Source of the DNA: Nemertoderma westbladi
Lineage: Eukaryota > Animalia > Xenacoelomorpha
Assembly (NCBI GenBank): GCA_032718475.1
Contig: JAUCBJ010007551.1
Coordinates: 29,010 to 93,009 of the forward strand
DNA: 64,000 nt
Reading direction: 5' to 3'
In this document: positions 36,811 to 49,500 of the stretch, piece by piece
Numbering within the stretch: the stretch's first letter is position 1
How the letters are laid out: every line of letters begins with the position of its first letter
Made by a program: the position numbers and the translations under genes
The notes under the pieces: generated by a model
Databases searched by the model: none
Told to the model about the DNA's origin: nothing
What the model saw: only the letters and a program-made list of their open reading frames with translations

Positions 36811-37793
36811 CAATTATTTTAGAATAATTGAATTTCTGAATATTTTAGGGTTACTTGGTTACTTTAACTTACTTTATTACCGTTATTTAAGCAGCAGTCC
36901 AACTGATATTGAGACCTAGTTGTTGTATGGCAGGCCTACTATTTATAAATCGTTTGATTTGATTTATAATATTTATATACCCGTTATATGGGTTTTTGTC
37001 AATATTTGAAATAAATGTTATTATTTCTGGGGGGTCACTACACAGAAGCGGTGCACTCTCAGTGAAGTGCTATTTATTTGACACTAAAACTGATAATTCT
37101 AATTTACCTAAGTTACTTAATACTACAAATTACTTACGATACGGGTGAGATTAATTCTCTAATTAAACACAACAAAATATTACGTACGAATTTTTTAGGG
37201 TAATTTTACAGGAAGTCTACAAACCAGTCTAACAAAGGGTTAGAATTCGGTTTATTACAACGGACAGGGTACTACGGTATTTGAAAATAATAAGTAGTAG
37301 TAAATATATTGCACTGTCCAGATAGGAAAATACCACCGTCTGACGACCTATAACCGTATCGCTATAGGTACTACGTTATGTATCACGGATTGTTCCTACC
37401 CAGAAGCTAATAGAGCTAACGAATGTGCCTATCAACCACTTTACAACACAAATATACTGCCTACACTAATTACTTCGGATAGCACTGTACACTAAACCCT
37501 AAATTAGGTACAAGTACCGGTATAACAAATAATCAGTAGTTAAATATACTTGAACAGTTAAAAGAACCACGGCATCTGCTGGAGTGACCGAAGCACAAAG
37601 TCGTCAGTCTTTACCTACGCCAAGCAGCCCTGATGTAGTACCGGGGTTAGTTTAACTATAACGGTATGTATAACAAGCACAATTACTGTAGGAATAAACT
37701 TGGGGACATGAATGTTGTGAATAATCGCATAAACTCTGAATAATAAATATTACGCTACCCGTACAGAATACTCAAACAAATACAAACCAAACG

Positions 37794-38302
37794 CTGGCAG
37801 ACTACTATTAAGCCTAAACAAACTACAGTATGTGCAGATTCTGAAACTGTTAGTTAGTATGCGTTCTAACACGGTAGTACGACTTACTCTTTAAGAGGGG
37901 ATTGTCCTTACAGCATATGGCTGCCCCAACTTACTAACGGCACTTGATCAGACCAACTCTACACACACAGCAATCCCTTCAGACCCAAAAATAGCTAGAC
38001 AACAATCCAGCCTACAAATATTTGAGTAATAACTATTACGGTACCTGAACAGACCACACAAACAAACACAGGCTAAAACACTGGCAGACTACGATCAAGC
38101 CTAGATAAACTACAGTATATGCAGACTCTGAAACTGTTAGTTAGTATGCGTTCTAACACGGTAGTACGACTTATTCTTTAAGAGGGGATTGACCTTCAGC
38201 ATATGGCTGCCCCAACTTACTAACGGCACTTTATCAGACAAACTCTACACACGCCGTAATCTCTCCAAACTCAACAACAGTCAGACAGCAGCTCAGCCTA
38301 CA
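37794..38302. repeat. Two direct repeats (period about 287 bp) in the element's 5' leader
   Basis: ctggcagactac...ctgaaactgttagttagtatgcgttctaacacggtagtacgactta...cagcatatggctgccccaacttactaacggcact starting at 37794 and 38081. Confidence 0.9.
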
Positions 38303-38681
38303 ATTATCTGAACAATCTGAGCAGGGTCACACGCCTTCTGCTCAATATTAGCCTACTTGGTGAATAAAACTGACAGAAATAGACCTAAGTAAAATCTCAA
38401 TAAAAACCAGGCGTCCCCGATTTAATATCGAGACCTACCGGTATACAATAATCAAAATCGAATAATACTAAATGTACTTGTACAGCAGTACCGGTACCGG
38501 TGATGACAGTTAGGCCTACTGACCTACAGAAGCACCGGTTCAGTTTTACCAGTCACTACGGTATTTTGCAACCTTATTGCCTACTGCAATAAGATTATAA
38601 ACTGTTACTGTTCGACAGAACAGTATTAAACTGTATTTAATGCCTACACTTGCAACCTTATTGCCTACTGCAATAAGATAA

Positions 38682-38692
38682 ATAACTGTTAC
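38682..38692 (-). promoter_or_regulatory. Atypical primer-binding site, self-complementary to LTR positions 39434-39444
   Basis: The minus strand directly after the 5' LTR reads GTAACAGTTAT (no TGG); the LTR minus strand contains its exact complement ATAACTGTTAC. Confidence 0.5.
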
Positions 38693-39925
38693 TGTTCGCG
38701 CTTTTGAAGACCTTTAGCAGTTTAACCTGCCAAAATTTATATGTCTTTTAGTTAATTAACACACCTTTAGCATACGACAATATTTTATGCTAATAAACAA
38801 AACATTAGCCGAAGCCAGCCCATGCGCGATCATTCACCCGATGGATCTACACCCGGGAGGCTGAATTCGGATGCTTAGATTTTATTATTGCAGTGTAAGG
38901 TTGCAGTGTAAACCTATTGTATTATTCGATAGATCACTAATAATTAATTTCTGACAGATATTATTAACTTTCGGGAAATATTAACAGTTCCTTTAGGACG
39001 TGGCGCTCTATCTATTTAAACAGAGCTAGGACTTATACTAAACGCAACGATAAGGCTTATGATTAAAGTATAAGTCGCATTCTTTAGGAAATGCTTTGTT
39101 ACCAGTCACATCACACTCACAATCATGCACACTATTCTGCCGACCGTCAGTATATTTGGTCACACATAAAGAGAACAGCAATTGACTCAGGTAGTGTCTA
39201 CTAAATAACATTAGATTCAATACACACCACATTGATATAAATCGCAATTGTTATATATAGCCCGCCTCTCTAACCTGTAGTGTATCAAGAAAATTGGGAA
39301 TTTGGGGTGATTTATCCGTATTCTCCAAAGAGCAATATTTCCATCAACAAATAGATACAATTAATAACTGACGGTAAATAGCAGTACAAACAATATGATT
39401 AGTGCAATTAAATTAAGTGAGGTAACACTGCCGGTAACAGTTATACTTTCTATAATCTAAGCAGTTTACTAGAGTTCTTCCCAAAAAGCCGGTGTTTCTG
39501 GCTTAGACAGCAATAACAACAAAGTATCAAGTAAGGCAGTAAGACTGAACACTCTCCTTATGATCGGCTGAAAAGCTACACGTCGACAGGAAAAATCGCT
39601 CTGATTGGCTCAAGCCAAACAAAGAACTATGCATCCAATGGCTGTTTCCATGTCAGCAACCAGCTGTTAGATGTCGTAATATGAATCATCACGGCTAAGC
39701 TGTGAAAGGTAGTTGGTGCATTACAGGTTTTTTGCCTTACCATGTCCGCCAAAACACGTATATAGCAGAATGACTTTTATGTCCGTTAAAACACCTGTAA
39801 CGGTACCTTGCGGGCGAGGGGAATATATATACAGTTAGAGAACCTTTTTAGAGTATTCCAGCGCCTGGGGGGAAACTGGATTGCGAAGCAAAAGGGGCCA
39901 GTTAGATCCCACAGAAGCTTTTACA
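38693..39925 (-). repeat. 5' LTR (1233 bp)
   Basis: Matches 28240-29472; minus-strand AATAAA near 38881-38886 and a TATA-like TATATATAA near 39251-39259. Confidence 0.95.
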
Positions 39926-40384
39926 CTGCCTCAGTCTTATTTGTAATATGTTATACTTTATACCAAATTATATCAAGTTTTAACATACTACTTTGTCTAC
40001 TTGTAGGAGAAATATACAATGTAGGGCTCATAATATATTTATAAATAGTTTTAGTATATTACATTGTATAACAGAGTGAATTGTATTATACTAAAGATGC
40101 CGCTTTGATACATCTGATCAAATGGCAATTTCTGGTATATTGTCTATTTCACTATCTTGGGTATATCACTCAATTTCTAAAACTATAATAATAAACATTT
40201 ACTTCACTTCTTGTTTACTCGCATGGATATATTAATATAAAATACGTCAGTATAATATCTTATGGGGCTAAACCCAGCGTAATCAGAGTAATGTTTAATT
40301 ATTATTACAATTGGCACATTGAAGTAAGTAGTACATGAGTTTGATAAAATAATTATGAATCCATATCTTATTCTACTCTACTTC

Positions 40385-40480
40385 TTCTCACTCTCTCTCT
40401 CTTTCTCTCTCTCTTTCTCACTCTTATTCTACTTACTACCACTACTAACTACTATTACTACTACTACTACTGACTACTAC
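40385..40480. repeat. (CT)n and (ACT)n microsatellites
   Basis: Direct reading. Confidence 0.9.
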
Positions 40481-40589
40481 AGAGTTATATATTATAAGAG
40501 GACGGGGTTCGTGATTATTAGTTATTATACAAGTGCCCCTCGGCTATAGAGAGTCCACCCTCGGTTGCTTACTGGATAATAGAGTAGGC

Positions 40590-43500
40590 TTACTGTAGAT
40601 TAGTCGTACATTGTCGCTCTGTATGTAGGCCCACTTCAGATGTTGACTTTGTCGGTATGTATGTAGGCCCACTTCAGATGTGTCTGACATTGTAGTTATT
40701 TGTTTAGACCTACTGTAGATTGGTCGGACATTGTCGGGATGTATATAAACTTACTGTAGATTGGTGGGACATTGTCTGTATATATGTAGACCTACTGTAG
40801 ATTGGTGGGACATTGTCGGTATGTGTGTGACCTACTGTAGATTGGTCGGACATTGTCGCTATGTATATATACCTACTGTAGATTGGTGGGACATTGTCGG
40901 TATGTATGAAGACCTACTGTAGATTGGTGGGACATTGTCGGTATGTATGTAGACCTACTGTAGATTGGTGGGACATTGTTAGTATGTATGTAGACCTACT
41001 GTAGATTGGTGGGACATTGTTAGTATGTATGTAGACCTACTGTAGATTGGTGGGACATTGTCGGTATGTGTGTGACCTACTGTAGATTGGTGGGACATTG
41101 TCGGTATGTATGTAGACCTACTGTAGATTGTGGGACATTGTCGGTATGTGTGTGACCTACTGTAGATTGGTCGGCATTGTCGGTATGTATGTAGACCTAC
41201 TGTAGATTGGTCGGCATTGTCGGTATGTATGTAGACCTACTGTAGATTGGTCGGCATTGTCGGTATGTATGTAGACCTACTGTACATCGGTGGAACATTG
41301 TCGGTATGTATGTAGACCTACTGTAGATTGGTCGAAATATTGTCGGTATGTATGTAGACCTACTGTAGATTGGTGGGACACTGTTGGTATGTATGTAGAC
41401 CTACTGTAGATTGGTCGAACATTGTCGGTATGTATGTAGACCTACTGTAGATTGGTCGGCATTGTCGGTATGTATGTAGACCTACTGTAGATTGGTCGGC
41501 ATTGTCGGTATGTATGTAGACCTACTGTAGATTGGTGGGACACTGTCGGTATGTATGTAGACCTACTGTAGATTGGTCGGCATTCTCGGTATGTGTGTGA
41601 CCTACTGTAGATTGGTCGGACATTGTCGGTATGTATGTAGACCTACTGTAGATTGGTCGGCATTGTCGGTATGTATGTAGACCTACTGTAGATTGGTGGG
41701 ACACTGTCGGTATGTATGTAGACCTACTGTAGATTGGTCGGCATTCTCGGTATGTGTGTAGACCTACTGTAGATTGGTCGGACATTGTCGGTATGTATGT
41801 AGACCTACTGTAGATTGGTGGGACATTGACGGTATGTATGTAGACCTACTGTAGATTGGTGGGACATTGTCGGTATGTATGAAGACCTACTGTAGATTGG
41901 TGGGACATTGTCGGTATGTGTGTGACCTACTGTAGATTGGTCGGCCATTGTCGGTATGTATGAAGACCTACTGTAGATTGGTGGGACATTGTCAGTATGT
42001 ATGAAGACCTACTGTAGATTGGTGGGACATTGTCGGTATGTATGTAGACCTACTGTAGATTGGTGGGACATTGTCGGTATGTATGAAGACCTACTGTAGA
42101 TTGGTGGGACATTGTCGGTATGTATGAAGACCTACTGTAGATTGGTGGGACATTGTCGGTATGTGTGTAGATCTACTGTAGATTGGTCGGCCATTGTCGG
42201 TATGTATGAAGACCTACTGTAGATTGGTGGGACATTGTCGGTATGTGTGTTGATCTACTGTAGATTGGTCGGCCATTGTCGGTATGTATGAAGACCTACT
42301 GTAGATTGGTGGGACATTGTCGGTATGTGTGTAGATCTACTGTAGATTGGTCGGCCATTGTCGGTATGTATGAAGACCTACTGTAGATTGGTCGGACATT
42401 CTCGGTATGTGTGTGACCTACTGTAGATTGGTGGGACATTGTCGGTATGTATGAAGACCTACTGTAGATTGGTGGGACATTGTCGGTATGTATGAAGACC
42501 TACTGTAGATTGGTGGGACATTGTCGGTATGTATGTAGACCTACTATAGATTGGTCCCACATTGTCGGTATGTATGTAGACCTACTGTAGATTGGTCGGC
42601 CATTGTCGGTATGTATGTAGACCTACTGTAGATTGGTGGGACATTGTCGGTATGTATGTAGACCTACTGTAGATTGGTGGGACATTGTCGGTATGTATGT
42701 AGACCTACTGTAGATTGGTGGGACATTGACGGTATGTATGTAGACCTACTGTAAATCGGTGGGACATTGTCGGTATGTATGAAGACCTACTGTAGATTGG
42801 TGGGACATTGTCGGTATGTGTGTGACCTACTGTAGATTGGTCGGCCATTGTCGGTATGTATGAAGACCTACTGTAGATTGGTGGGACATTGTCGGTATGT
42901 ATGAAGACCTACTGTAGATTGGTGGGACATTGTCGGTATGTATGTAGACCTACTGTAGATTGGTGGGACATTGTCGGTATGTATGAAGACCTACTGTGGA
43001 TTGGTGGGACATTGTCGGTATGTGTGTAGATCTACTGTAGATTGGTCGGACACTGTCGGTATGTATGTAGACCTACTGTAGATTGGTCGGCCATTGTCGG
43101 TATGTATGAAGACCTACTGTAGATTGGTGGGACATTGTCGGTATGTGTGTGACCTACTGTAGATTGGTGGGACATTGTCGGTATGTGTGTGACCTACTGT
43201 AGATTGGTCGGCCATTGTCGGTATGTATGAAGACCTACTGTAGATTGGTCGGACATTCTCGGTATGTGTGTAGACCTACTGTAGATTGGTGGGACATTGT
43301 CGGTATGTATGCAGACCTACTGTAGATTGGTGGGACATTGTCGGTATGTGTGTGACCTACTGTAGATTGGTCGGCCATTGTCGGTATGTATGAAGACCTA
43401 CTGTAGATTGGTGGGACATTGTCGGTATGTATGTAGACCTACTGTAGATTGGTGGGACATTGTCGGTATGTGTGTAGACAGACCTACTGTAGATTGGTGG

Positions 43501-46500
43501 GACATTGTCGGTATGTATGTAGACCTACTGTAGATTGGTGGGACATTGTCGGTATGTGTGTGACCTACTGTAGATTGGTGGGACATTGTCGGTATGTATG
43601 TAGACCTACTGTAGATTGGTGGGACATTGTCGGTATGTATGTAGACCTACTGTAGATTGGTGGGACATTGTCGGTATGTATGTAGACCTACTGTAGATTG
43701 GTGGGACATTGTCGGTATGTGTGTGACCTACTGTAGATTGGTGGGACATTGTCGGTATGTATGTAGACCTACTGTAGATTGGTGGGACATTCTCGGTATG
43801 TGTGTGACCTACTGTAGATTGGTGGGACATTGTCGGTATGTATGTAGACCTACTGTAGATTGTGGGGCATTGTCGGTATGTGTGTGACCTACTGTAGATT
43901 GGTGGGACATTGTCGGTATGTATGTAGACCTACTGTAGATTGGTGGGACATTGTCGGTATGTGTGTGACCTACTGTAGATTGGTGGGACATTGTCGGTAT
44001 GTATGTAGACCTACTGTAGATTGGTGTGACATTGTCGGTATGTGTGTGACCTACTGTAGATTGGTCGGACATTGTCGGTATGTATGTAGTCCTACTACAG
44101 ATTGGTCGGCCATTGTCGGTATGTATGAAGACCTACTGTAGATTGGTGGGACATTGTCGGTATGTGTGTAGATCTACTGTAGATTGGTGTGACATTGTCG
44201 GTATGTGTGTGACCTACTGTAGATTGGTGGGACATTGTTAGTATGTATGTAGACCTACTGTAGATTGTGGGGCATTGTCGGTATGTGTGTGACCTACTGT
44301 AGATTGGTCGGACATTGTCGGTATGTATGTAGTCCTACTACAGATTGGTCGGCCATTGTCGGTATGTATGAAGACCTACTGTAGATTGGTGGGACATTGT
44401 CGGTATGTATGTAGACCTACTGTAGATTGGTGGGACATTGTTAGTATGTATGTAGACCTACTGTAGATTGTGGGACATTGTCGGTATGTGTGTGACCTAC
44501 TGTAGATTGGTCGGACATTGTCGGTATGTATGTAGTCCTACTACAGATTGGTCGGACATTGTCGGTATGTATGTAGACCTACTGTAGATTGGTCGGCATT
44601 GTCGGTATTTGTGTTAACCTACTATAGATTGGTGGGACATTGTCGGTATGTGTGTAGACATACTGTAGATTGGTGGGACATTGTCGGTATGTGTGTGACC
44701 TACTGTGGATTGTGGGACATTGTCGGTATGTATGTAGACATACTGTAGATTGGTGGGACATTGTCGGTATGTGTGTGACCTACTGTGGATTGTGGGACAT
44801 TGTCGGTATGTATGTAGACATACTGTAGATTGGTGGGACATTGTCGGTATGTGTGTGACCTACTGTAGATTGGTCGGACATTGTCGGTATGTATGTAGTC
44901 CTACTACAGATTGGTCGGACATTGTCGGTATGTATGTAGACCTACTGTAGATTGGTGGGACATTGTCGGTATGTGTGTGACCTACTGTAGATTGGTGGGA
45001 CATTGTCGGTATGTATGTAGACCTACTGTAGATTGGTGGGACATTGTCGGTATGTATGTAGACCTACTGTAGATTGGTGGGACATTGTCGGTATGTGTGT
45101 GACCTACTGTAGATTGGTCTGACATTGTCGGTATGTATGTAGACCTACTGTAGATTGGTGGGACACTGTCGGTATGTGTGTAGATCTACTGTAGATTGGT
45201 GTGACATTGTCGGTATGTGTGTGACCTACTGTAGATTGGTGGGACATTGTCGGTATGTATGTAGACATACTGTAGATTGGTGGGACATTGTCGGTATGTG
45301 TGTGACCTACTGTAGATTGGTCTGACATTGTCGGTATGTATGTAGACCTACTGAAGATTGGTGGGACACTGTCGGTATGTGGGTAGATCTACTGTAGATT
45401 GGTGTGACATTGTCGGTATGTGTGTGACCTACTGTAGATTGGTGGGACATTGTCGGTATGTGTGTAGACCTACTGTAGATTGGTGGGACATTGTCAGTAT
45501 GTATGTAGACATACTGTAGATTGGTGGGACATTGTCGGTATGTATGTAGACCTACTGTACATTGGTGGAACATAGTCGGTATGTATGTAGACCTACTGTA
45601 GATTGGTGGTACACTGTCGGTATGTGTGTAGATCTACTGTAGATTGGTGTGACATTGTCGGTATGTGTGTGACCTACTGTAGATTGGTGGGACATTGTCG
45701 GTATGTATGTAGACATACTGTAGATTGGTGGGACATTGTCGGTATGTGTGTGACCTACTGTAGATTGGTCTGACATTGTCGGTATGTATGTAGACCTACT
45801 GTAGATTGGTGTGACATTGTCGGTATGTGTGTGACCTACTGTAGATTGGTGGGACATTGTCGGTATGTATGTAGACATACTGTAGATTGGTGGGACATTG
45901 TCGGTATGTGTGTGACCTACTGTAGATTGGTCTGACATTGTCGGTATGTATGTAGACCTACTGTAGATTGGTGGGACACTGTCGGTATGTGTGTAGATCT
46001 ACTGTAGATTGGTGGGACATTGTCGGTATGTATGTAGACCTACTGTACATTGGTGGAACATAGTCGGTATGTATGTAGACCTTCTGTAGATTGGTCGGCA
46101 TTGTCGGTATGTGTAGACCTACTTGTAGATTGGTCGGACATTGTCGGTATGTATGTATGTAGACCTACTGTAGATTGGTGGGACACTGTCGGTATGTATA
46201 TATACCTACTGTAGATTGGTGGGACACTGTCGGTATGTATATAGACCTACTGTAGATTGGTGGGACATTGTCGGTATGTATGTAGACCTACTGTAGATTG
46301 TGGGACATTGTCGGTATGTGTGTGACCTACTGTAGATTGGTGGAACATTGTCGGTATGTATGTAGACCTACTGTAGATTGGTGGGACACTGTCTGTATGT
46401 ATATAGACCTACTGTAGATTGGTGGGACATTGTCGGTATGTGTGTGACCTACTGTAGATTGGTGGAACATTGTCGGTATGTATGTGACCTACTGTAGATT

Positions 46501-49500
46501 GGTGGAACATTGTCGGTATGTATGTAGACCTACTGTAGATTGGTGGAACATTGTCGGTATGTATGTAGACCTACTGTAGATTGGTGGGACATTGTCGGTA
46601 TGTGTGTAGATCTACTGTAGATTGGTGGGACATTGTCGGTATGTGTGTAGATCTACTGTAGATTGGTGTGACACTGTCGGTATGTGTGTGACCTACTGTA
46701 GATTGGTGGGACATTGTCGGTATGTATGTAGACCTACTGTAGATTGGTGGGACACTGTCGGTATGTATGTAGACCTACTGTAGATTGGTGGGACATTGTC
46801 GGTATGTATGTAGACCTACTGTAGATTGGTCGAAATATTGTCGGTATGTATGTAGACCTACTCGTAGATTGGTGGGACATTGTCGGTATGTATGTATGTA
46901 GACCTACTGTAGATTGGTCGGACATTGTCGGTATGTGTGTAGATCTACTGTAGATTGGTGGAACATTGTCGGTATGTGTGTGACCTACTGTAGATTGGTC
47001 GGACATTGTCGGTATGTATGTAGACCTACTGTAGATTGGTGGGACACTGTCGGTATGTATGTAGACCTACTGTAGATTGGTGGGACATTGTCGGTATGTA
47101 TGTAGACCTACTGTAGATTGGTCGAAATATTGTCGGTATGTATGTAGACCTACTCGTAGATTGGTGGGACATTGTCGGTATGTGTGTAGATCTACTGTAG
47201 ATTGGTGGGACATTGTCGGTATGTGTGTAGATCTACTGTAGATTGGTGTGACACTGTCGGTATGTGTGTGACCTACTGTAGATTGGTCGGACATTGTCGG
47301 TATGTATGTAGACCTACTGTAGATTGGTCGGACATTGTCGGTATGTATGTAGACCTACTGTAGATTGGTGGGACACTGTCGGTATGTATGTAGACCTACT
47401 GTAGATTGGTGGGACATTGTCGGTATGTATGTAGACCTACTGTAGATTGGTGGGACATTGTCGGTATGTATGTAGACCTACTGTAGATTGGTCGAAATAT
47501 TGTCGGTATGTATGTAGACCTACTGTAGATTGGTGGGACATTGTCGGTATGTATGTAGACCTACTGTAGATTGGTGGGACATTGTCGGTATGTGTGTGAC
47601 CTACTGTAGATTGGTCGGACATTGTCGGTATGTATGTAGACCTACTGTAGATTGGTGGGACACTGTCGGTATGTATGTAGACCTACTGTAGATTGGTGGA
47701 ACATTGTCGGTATGTATGTAGACCTACTGTAGATTGGTCGAAATATTGTCGGTATGTATGTAGACCTACTGTAGATTGGTGGAACATTGTCGGTATGTGT
47801 GTGACCTACTGTAGATTGGTGGGACAATGTCGGTATGTGTGTAGATCTACTGTAGATTGGTGGGACATTGTCGGTATGTATATAGACTTACTGTAGATTG
47901 GTGGGACATTGTCGGGATGTTTGTAGACCTACTGTAGATTGGTCGGACATTGTCCGTATGTGTGTAGACCTACTGTAGATTGGTCGGACATAGTCGGTTG
48001 TCGGTATTTATGTAGACCTACTGTAGATTGGTGGAACATTGTTGGTATGTATGTAGACCTACTGTAGATTGATGGAACATTGTCGGTATGTATGTAGACC
48101 TACTGAAGATTGGTGGGACATTGTTGGTATGTATGTAGACCTACTGTAGATTGGTGGGACATTGTCGGTATGTGTGTGACCTACTGTAGATTGGTGGGAC
48201 ACTGTCGGTATGTATGTAGACCTACTGTAGATTGGTGGGACATTGTCGGTATGTATGTAGACCTACTGTAGATTGGTGGGACATTGTCGGTATGTGTGTA
48301 GACCTACTGTAGATTGGTGGGACATTGTCGGGATGTATGTAGACCTACTGTAGATTGGTGGGACATTGTCGGTATGTGTGTGACCTACTGTAGATTGGTG
48401 GGACACTGTCGGTATGTATGTAGACCTACTGTAGATTGGTGGGACATTGTCGGTATGTGTGTAGATCTACTGTAGTTTGGACGGACATTGTCGGTATGTA
48501 TGTAGACCTACTGTAGATTGGTGGGACACTGTCGGTATGTATGTAGACCTACTGTAGATTGGTCGAAATATTGTCGGTATGTATGTAGACCTACTGTAGA
48601 TTGGTGGAACATTGTTGGTATGTATGTAGACCTACTGTAGATTGATGGAACATTGTCGGTATGTATGTAGACCTACTGTAGATTGGTGGGACATTGTCGG
48701 TATGTGTGTAGATCTACTGTAGATTGGTCGGACATTGTCGGTATGTATGTAGACCTACTGTAGATTGATGGAACATTGTCGGTATGTATGTAGACCTACT
48801 GTAGATTGGTGGGACATTGTCGGTATGTGTGTAGATCTACTGTAGATTGGTCGGACATTGTCGGTATGTATGTAGACCTACTGTAGATTGGTGGGACACT
48901 GTCGGTATGTATGTAGACCTACTGTAGATTGGTCGAAATATTGTCGGTATGTATGTAGACCTACTGTAGATTGGTGGAACATTGTTGGTATGTATGAAGA
49001 CCTACTGTAGATTGGTGGGACATTGTCGGTATGTGTGTAGATCTACTGTAGATTGGTCGGACATTGTCGGTATGTGTGTGACCTACTGTAGATTGGTGGG
49101 ACATTGTTAGTATGTGTGTAGATCTACTGTAGATTGGTCGGACATTGACGGTATGTATGTAGACCTACTGTAGATTGGTGGGACATTGTCGGTATGTATG
49201 TAGACCTACTGTAGATTGGTGGGACATTGTCGGTATGTATGTAGACCTACTGTAGATTGGTGGGACATTGTCGGTATGTGTGTAGATCTACTGTAGATTG
49301 GTGGGACATTGTCGGTATGTGTGTAGATCTACTGTAGATTGGTGGGACATTGTCGGTATGTGTGTAGATCTACTGTAGATTGGTCGGACATTGTCGGTAT
49401 GTGTGTGACCTACTGTAGATTGGTGGGACATTGTTAGTATGTGTGTGACCTACTGTACATTGGTTGGACATTGTCGGTATGTATGTAGACCTACTGTAGA

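Larger units (their letters stand above)
28240..39925 (-). mobile_element. BEL/Pao LTR retrotransposon, non-autonomous (gag-protease only), recently inserted, 11686 bp
   Basis: Two 1233-bp direct repeats with TG...CA ends; 5-bp TSD CTGCC at 28235-28239 and 39926-39930; BEL-type Gag and protease ORF on the minus strand. Confidence 0.95.

Noticed and set aside
38530-38551. Displaced tRNA PBS (minus-strand TGGTAAAACTGAACCGG)
   Set aside because: About 140 nt from the LTR and not recognisably complementary to a tRNA 3' end; cannot be fully excluded without a tRNA search.
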